Shown piece after piece: positions 60,257 through 64,000 of a stretch of DNA of 64,000 bases (positions are counted from its first letter, which is position 1; the number at the start of each line of letters is the position of its first letter). The notes under the pieces were generated by a model that was not told where the DNA came from, searched no databases, and saw nothing but the letters and a program-made list of their open reading frames with translations. The position numbers and the translations under genes were made by a program. The stretch comes from an uncultured virus (IMG/VR IMGVR_UViG_3300030104_006454). Its lineage: Duplodnaviria; Heunggongvirae; Uroviricota; Caudoviricetes; Crassvirales. Where the stretch lies: positions 1 through 64,000 of the IMG/VR virus record IMGVR_UViG_3300030104_006454. One strand, given 5' to 3'.

Positions 60257-60529
60257 TTATATTTTATACTTCTTTTTACCTTCTTGTCGTGTCCCTTTAC
60301 CACCATTACCCCTATTTGCTCTAATTGACTTAAATTTACTGTCTTTATGATCGTAATCTTTACCAGCTATATTCTTACCTTCTTTAATAGCTTTTCTACG
60401 TTTTACTTGATTATCTGCTTTCTTAGCTTTTCTACCTTCAGTCATAGCCATAGCTTTATCTCTAATAGCTTTTCTTTTTGCAGCAGATGCAGACAGTTTT
60501 TGTTTAGTTACTTTAATAGGTGAATTCAT
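60257..60529 (-). CDS. very basic protein with a degenerate HNH-like motif; first gene of the late region
   Basis: GKDYDHKD...ANRG; about 30% Lys/Arg. Confidence 0.55.
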   Translation of the reverse strand: MNSPIKVTKQKLSASAAKRKAIRDKAMAMTEGRKAKKADNQVKRRKAIKEGKNIAGKDYDHKDSKFKSIRANRGNGGKGTRQEGKKKYKI

Positions 60530-60811
60530 AATCTTATTATTACATAGTTAATAGCAAATTTAAAATGTGGACAATAGGGTGTTACTAGATAACTATAATA
60601 GGCTAATGTCCTAAAAAAATGACATTACAAATATTGGGGTGTAGTGTTGCCCCACTATACTCGTTTTTGTTTTGTAAAATAAAAGTCAAATTGTTAAAGC
60701 GGGCCCCCCTCGTTGTTTTGCGTTTATACGATTTTTTTTTACATTTTATATTTTATTTTTTTTTTACTAAATATTTCGCATTTTATTTTTTACATATTAT
60801 ATTTACATTTT

Positions 60812-60845
60812 TACAAACTAAATACGACTACATATGGATAATATA
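60812..60845 (+). promoter_or_regulatory. bipartite motif copy (putative early promoter)
   Basis: TACAAACTAAATACGA-ctacatat-GGATAATATA. Confidence 0.7.
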
Positions 60846-60938
60846 ATTGTAAAAAGAAATTAATAAAATGAATTACACTAACACACTTCGCGCAATACAT
60901 ACACACTAAAAATAATAACTAAATAATAATATTACTTT

Positions 60939-60972
60939 TACAATGTAAATACGAGACAATGTGGATAATATA
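60939..60972 (+). promoter_or_regulatory. bipartite motif copy (putative early promoter)
   Basis: TACAATGTAAATACGA-gacaatgt-GGATAATATA. Confidence 0.7.
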
Positions 60973-61009
60973 AATACAAAAACAAAGTTAAACTAAATAA
61001 ATAAAAATT

Positions 61010-61231
61010 ATGAAATTAAATTCTAAAAGATTTGTAATCAGAAAATCACTAATCGGTAAAAATGCAGTAATAACAGTAAACTTCACAAATGGCAAAACTG
61101 CCACTTATAATCACGACAAAGTGTTTGAAGTAATGAAAGATAAACTAGAACAAATGCCATGTTTTATCAAGTACAAAAGCTATACTGCTTCTAACAATGT
61201 GCCACTCGTTGCAAGAGAAATCTGCGAGTAG
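61010..61231 (+). CDS. early hypothetical protein
   Basis: 73-aa ORF downstream of a motif copy, with an A-rich leader. Confidence 0.7.
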   Translation: MKLNSKRFVIRKSLIGKNAVITVNFTNGKTATYNHDKVFEVMKDKLEQMPCFIKYKSYTASNNVPLVAREICE

Positions 61232-61244
61232 TAATACAAAGTCG

Positions 61245-61334
61245 AGTTAGTTCCACTTGTTCCCTCGTATAATCAAATATGAATGAGTAATGTAGTCATG
61301 GTGCCGAGGTGGGTTCGATTCCCACGCTATAACT
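61245..61334 (+). ncRNA. tRNA-like element (perfect T-arm, no clear D or anticodon arm)
   Basis: GTGGG-TTCGATT-CCCAC at 61309-61325, with possible acceptor-like pairing TGTAGT/GCTATA. Confidence 0.35.
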
Positions 61335-61346
61335 AAAATAATTAAT

Positions 61347-61538
61347 ATGAATAAAGTAAAACAACATATAAATAACGCAAAGCGTTTTAGACAAGAAAAC
61401 TATAAACCACTAATTGAGTACATCAATTGGAGTGAAATCACTAAAGATTATAACTTAAAAACAGGCGATTTAAACTACACTGATTACAACAAATTAGAAT
61501 TAATATTAGATAATTTTGTTAAAAGTAATACAAAATAA
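61347..61538 (+). CDS. early hypothetical protein
   Basis: 63-aa ORF; its stop lies inside the next motif copy. Confidence 0.6.
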   Translation: MNKVKQHINNAKRFRQENYKPLIEYINWSEITKDYNLKTGDLNYTDYNKLELILDNFVKSNTK

Positions 61539-61562
61539 ACACGAACACTAATGGATAATATA
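61529..61562 (+). promoter_or_regulatory. bipartite motif copy (putative early promoter)
   Basis: TACAAAATAAACACGA-acactaat-GGATAATATA. Confidence 0.65.
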
Positions 61563-61575
61563 ATAAATTAAACAA

Positions 61576-61728
61576 ATGATATACGAGCACGAAATAACTT
61601 TTAACGATCACTCAATACAATACTTAACTTCAACAACTAATTATCTAAATGACGAAGATAAAGAGTTTCTCGAAGCGCTCGATGTCGACTTGTCAACAAT
61701 TAAATTAATAAATACTTATAAATTATGA
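61576..61728 (+). CDS. 50-aa early hypothetical protein (MIYEHEITFNDHSIQY...)
   Basis: Translated by hand; starts 14 nt after a motif copy. Confidence 0.55.
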   Translation: MIYEHEITFNDHSIQYLTSTTNYLNDEDKEFLEALDVDLSTIKLINTYKL

Positions 61729-61850
61729 TAATAAGAAAAGTAGCAGGATTATGGATAGTGCAACGTCAGCACTCACAGCAAATAGTATTTTCACACAAAA
61801 GCAGAATGACGTGTTATGAGTGGATATTTAAATCAGTACACTATGCATAA
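61725..61850 (+). CDS. 41-aa early hypothetical protein (MIIRKVAGLWIVQRQH...)
   Basis: Translated by hand; ATGA-coupled to the upstream ORF. Confidence 0.5.
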   Translation: MIIRKVAGLWIVQRQHSQQIVFSHKSRMTCYEWIFKSVHYA

Positions 61851-61935
61851 AGTAGCAAAAATACTACTAGATATAGTAGCAATAGGATGGTTAGTATTTG
61901 TAATTGTAGCAATAGTAACAATAATTACAAACTAA
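61843..61935 (+). CDS. 30-aa single-TM early peptide (MHKVAKILLDIVAIGWLVFVIVAIVTIITN)
   Basis: Translated by hand; overlapping start, and its stop lies inside a motif copy. Confidence 0.5.
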   Translation: MHKVAKILLDIVAIGWLVFVIVAIVTIITN

Positions 61936-61959
61936 ATACGAATTAAGTCGGATAATATA
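61926..61959 (+). promoter_or_regulatory. bipartite motif copy (putative early promoter)
   Basis: TACAAACTAAATACGA-attaagtc-GGATAATATA. Confidence 0.7.
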
Positions 61960-61966
61960 TATAAAT

Positions 61967-62158
61967 ATGAATATGAAAACAAACATAAACACTTTAAACT
62001 ACAACGAAAAAACTAAAACACTAATTTTAAACAAAATAAAATACAAAGGCTATGAAATTTGCGAACTACCTGCAAACTTTGGTTGTATTGAATTTAACGA
62101 AAAACCAGGAATTAGTGAATGGATTAACTACAAAGGTCTAACATTTATACAAGAATAA
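61967..62158 (+). CDS. early hypothetical protein
   Basis: 63-aa ORF directly after a motif copy. Confidence 0.65.
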   Translation: MNMKTNINTLNYNEKTKTLILNKIKYKGYEICELPANFGCIEFNEKPGISEWINYKGLTFIQE

Positions 62159-62160
62159 TT

Positions 62161-62421
62161 ATGAAAAAAAACAAGTATAAACTAACAATTACAGAAGCAC
62201 ACAGTGATCTACTCAAAGTAGAAATGACAGACAAGTATTGTAACTACTGCTGTGTATACGAACCAAGTATTGAAGACGCACTAGCGTATGCAGGTTACTG
62301 GTTTGCTGAAACTGAAGCAAGACGCGAGTCAAATCAAACTCACGCAAAAGCAGTAATGGAAATGAATAAACTAGATAAAGAAGCTGGTATACTAACTGGC
62401 AACTATGATGGATTAGATTAA
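62161..62421 (+). CDS. early hypothetical protein
   Basis: 86-aa ORF, tightly packed with its neighbours. Confidence 0.65.
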   Translation: MKKNKYKLTITEAHSDLLKVEMTDKYCNYCCVYEPSIEDALAYAGYWFAETEARRESNQTHAKAVMEMNKLDKEAGILTGNYDGLD

Positions 62422-62431
62422 AATAATAAAT

Positions 62432-63007
62432 ATGAAAGAAAATAATAAATGGAAGTATCAAGGCGATAGCAGGTACGAGAAAATATATGAGAAAATGCAA
62501 CTACTTGGTATACAAGACGTTACCACAGATAGGCAACACAAGAATGGTACAATAGTTTGGCGATTACCAATCAAAAATAATTGGCCAAGACAAAACGCTA
62601 GTTTCATTGAAGTAGCTAGTATGAAAACAGGTTATGTACGTAATCAGAATAGTGGTTATAGTAACTATCAACTCAATAAAAGATGTGAAAACGAGCCGGA
62701 GTATTTTAAACTACCTAATGGTGATTATAGAAAATTTACAACTCGTGGTTGTGTACTAATACCAATAGAAATTGATAGATTAGAGTATTTAATAAAGTAT
62801 TGTGTTAAAAACTATTACATTAAAAATGCTAATCAAGTGCCAAATGGCGAGTTCTATCCAAAGTGGATGTATGATAATGCTAAAGAAAATGCAGACTTTC
62901 ATGAGAAAAGATCTGATGAGTACATGAATAAGTTTGCTAATGTAGCACCTGATGGTACAAAAGAAGTAACATTAATAATAGATGGCCATAAATATAAAGT
63001 AATATGA
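62432..63007 (+). CDS. early hypothetical protein
   Basis: 191-aa ORF. Confidence 0.7.
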   Translation: MKENNKWKYQGDSRYEKIYEKMQLLGIQDVTTDRQHKNGTIVWRLPIKNNWPRQNASFIEVASMKTGYVRNQNSGYSNYQLNKRCENEPEYFKLPNGDYRKFTTRGCVLIPIEIDRLEYLIKYCVKNYYIKNANQVPNGEFYPKWMYDNAKENADFHEKRSDEYMNKFANVAPDGTKEVTLIIDGHKYKVI

Positions 63008-63144
63008 GTAAGAAAAGAAAACTAAACAGCAAGAATCCAAAGTATATGGACAAAAGCCTAGTAACCGAAAAGAAGGTTATAAGAAAAGAATTAATTAATA
63101 ATGTAAAAGGCGTTAAAATAAACGCAGTATGGTATGAAAAATAA
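63004..63144 (+). CDS. 46-aa basic early protein (MSKKRKLNSKNPKYMDK...)
   Basis: Translated by hand; ATGA-coupled to the upstream ORF. Confidence 0.55.
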   Translation: MSKKRKLNSKNPKYMDKSLVTEKKVIRKELINNVKGVKINAVWYEK

Positions 63145-63340
63145 TAGACTAAAAACAATGAACTGTATAACAGTGTTAGATTTTGAAGTGGGAAAAGTGT
63201 TTCAATACAATATAGGTAAAGATCACTTATGCTGGAACCCTGAATATGAGAGATGTGAGCAATTCTTAACAGGTGAAGGACACAATTTAAGTAACATAAA
63301 CTGGATGGTACATAGTAATGAGGAAATAATTACAAATTAA
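63134..63340 (+). CDS. early hypothetical protein
   Basis: 68-aa ORF; its stop lies inside a motif copy. Confidence 0.6.
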   Translation: MKNNRLKTMNCITVLDFEVGKVFQYNIGKDHLCWNPEYERCEQFLTGEGHNLSNINWMVHSNEEIITN

Positions 63341-63364
63341 ATACGATTGCTATTGGATAATATA
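63331..63364 (+). promoter_or_regulatory. bipartite motif copy (putative early promoter)
   Basis: TACAAATTAAATACGA-ttgctatt-GGATAATATA. Confidence 0.7.
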
Positions 63365-63379
63365 TACAAATAACGATAT

Positions 63380-63589
63380 ATGATTTGTAAATGTAAAAAT
63401 ATAATACCACCTGGCAGAGTTAAACTTGGCTTTAGTACGTGTGTAAACTGTTCAACAGTAGAAGCATATGGTTGCGCACCACTAATAAACCACAAAACCG
63501 GCAATTCTATTCAGATAATGTCAAGCAGTGACGCTGCTCGTATTGCCAAGTTAACTCGACGCAGGGGTTATGGAACAATGTTGGCTTAA
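63380..63589 (+). CDS. DksA/TraR-like C4 zinc-finger protein
   Basis: CKCKNIIPPGRVKLGFSTCVNC fits the C..C..IP..R......C..C pattern. Confidence 0.6.
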   Translation: MICKCKNIIPPGRVKLGFSTCVNCSTVEAYGCAPLINHKTGNSIQIMSSSDAARIAKLTRRRGYGTMLA

Positions 63590-63855
63590 CTTTGTTTTCA
63601 AAACGTGTGGAAGAACAAAGATCAGGTTAATTCTTGAGCCACACGGACATGTAGAGGCTTGGGTGGTTGCGCGTAAGGCGAGTAGAGACAGTATCTAAGA
63701 ACAGTTACAGCTTGAAATAATAGTGTACGACTGAGACGACAGTATCTCATCTTACTTACATGGCAGAACGGCAGGATAAAGCAAAATGTTCGTAAGTCTG
63801 TAAGTTCTTTATGAGTACGCAGAACAAGAACCACGCCTGCCCTCCCTCTTCATGT
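63590..63855 (+). ncRNA. putative structured non-coding RNA
   Basis: GC-richer ORF-free interval with several complementary pairs (see findings). Confidence 0.5.
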
Positions 63856-63889
63856 TACAAACTAAATACGATAATAGAAGGATAATATA
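63856..63889 (+). promoter_or_regulatory. bipartite motif copy (putative early promoter)
   Basis: TACAAACTAAATACGA-taatagaa-GGATAATATA. Confidence 0.7.
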
Positions 63890-63904
63890 ATAAAATTAAA
63901 TCAA

Positions 63905-64000
63905 ATGAAATTAACAAGTAAAAAAGTAAAACAATATATGGCGTGGAGAACTGATGAAGAGCTCACGCATTGCCCTAATGCTATTGCTGCGGCTTGCAAT
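63905..64000 (+). CDS. early hypothetical protein, 3'-truncated by the window edge
   Basis: ATG 16 nt after a motif copy; frame open to the window end (MKLTSKKVKQYMAWRTDEELTHCPN...). Confidence 0.55.
   Translation, partial: MKLTSKKVKQYMAWRTDEELTHCPNAIAAACN

Larger units (their letters stand above)
60530..61009. other. divergent non-coding control region between late (-) and early (+) genes; candidate origin or genome-end region
   Basis: Strand switch, long T-tracts then A-tracts, a GGGCCCCCC island near 60700, and two motif copies. Confidence 0.5.

Noticed and set aside
61245..61334. Bona fide tRNA gene
   Set aside because: No recognisable D-arm, anticodon arm or CCA. Kept only as a tRNA-like element.
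63590..63855. Cobalamin riboswitch, RNase P RNA, tmRNA or hammerhead ribozyme
   Set aside because: Only CCTGCC resembles the B12 element. The GGGAA/B12 box, GAGGAAAGTCC, tmRNA ends and CTGATGA/GAAA cores are absent. The 63622-63834 minus-strand ORF also looks spurious.
60812..63889. The repeated 34-bp motif as a CRISPR or mini-array
   Set aside because: Copies are separated by whole genes at irregular distances, the variable part is only 8 nt inside the motif, and no cas genes are present.
1..64000. Prophage, integrase, diversity-generating retroelement or alternative genetic code
   Set aside because: No integrase, repressor, reverse transcriptase or host flanks were seen. Long genes are intact under the standard code, with TAA, TAG and TGA all used as stops.

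Overview
This window is about 64 kb of an AT-rich, apparently lytic podovirus-like phage genome. Its gene set and order (primase-helicase, class II RNR, GroEL/GroES, TerL-portal-scaffold-MCP, ring and muzzle proteins, giant ejection protein) resemble marine Bacteroidota/Flavobacteriia phages of the Cellulophaga phi38:1-like, crAss-related type. That assignment comes from motif recognition only; no database search was run. There are three blocks. (1) Positions 1-6982 (+) hold replication and nucleotide-metabolism genes and end at a bidirectional terminator. (2) Positions 7016-60529 (-) form one long late region: tail fibres, endolysin, a cassette of exported/envelope proteins, ejection proteins, tail/head/packaging genes, chaperonins, and a set of small lysine-rich proteins with a duplicated PAP2 cassette. 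(3) Positions 60800-64000 (+) hold small early genes. The main observations are: a thymidylate-synthase-fold enzyme with the dCMP-hydroxymethylase signature next to two NTP pyrophosphatases (predicted modified-cytosine genome); seven copies of a fixed-spacing bipartite motif TACAAACTAAATACGA-N8-GGATAATA (probable phage-specific promoter); phage genes that look like host T9SS cargo and outer-membrane barrels; a structured non-coding region at 63590-63855; a tRNA-like T-arm element; and a 2943-aa virion protein carrying zincin and HAD-phosphatase motifs. One assembly gap (Ns, 19008-19037) splits one gene.
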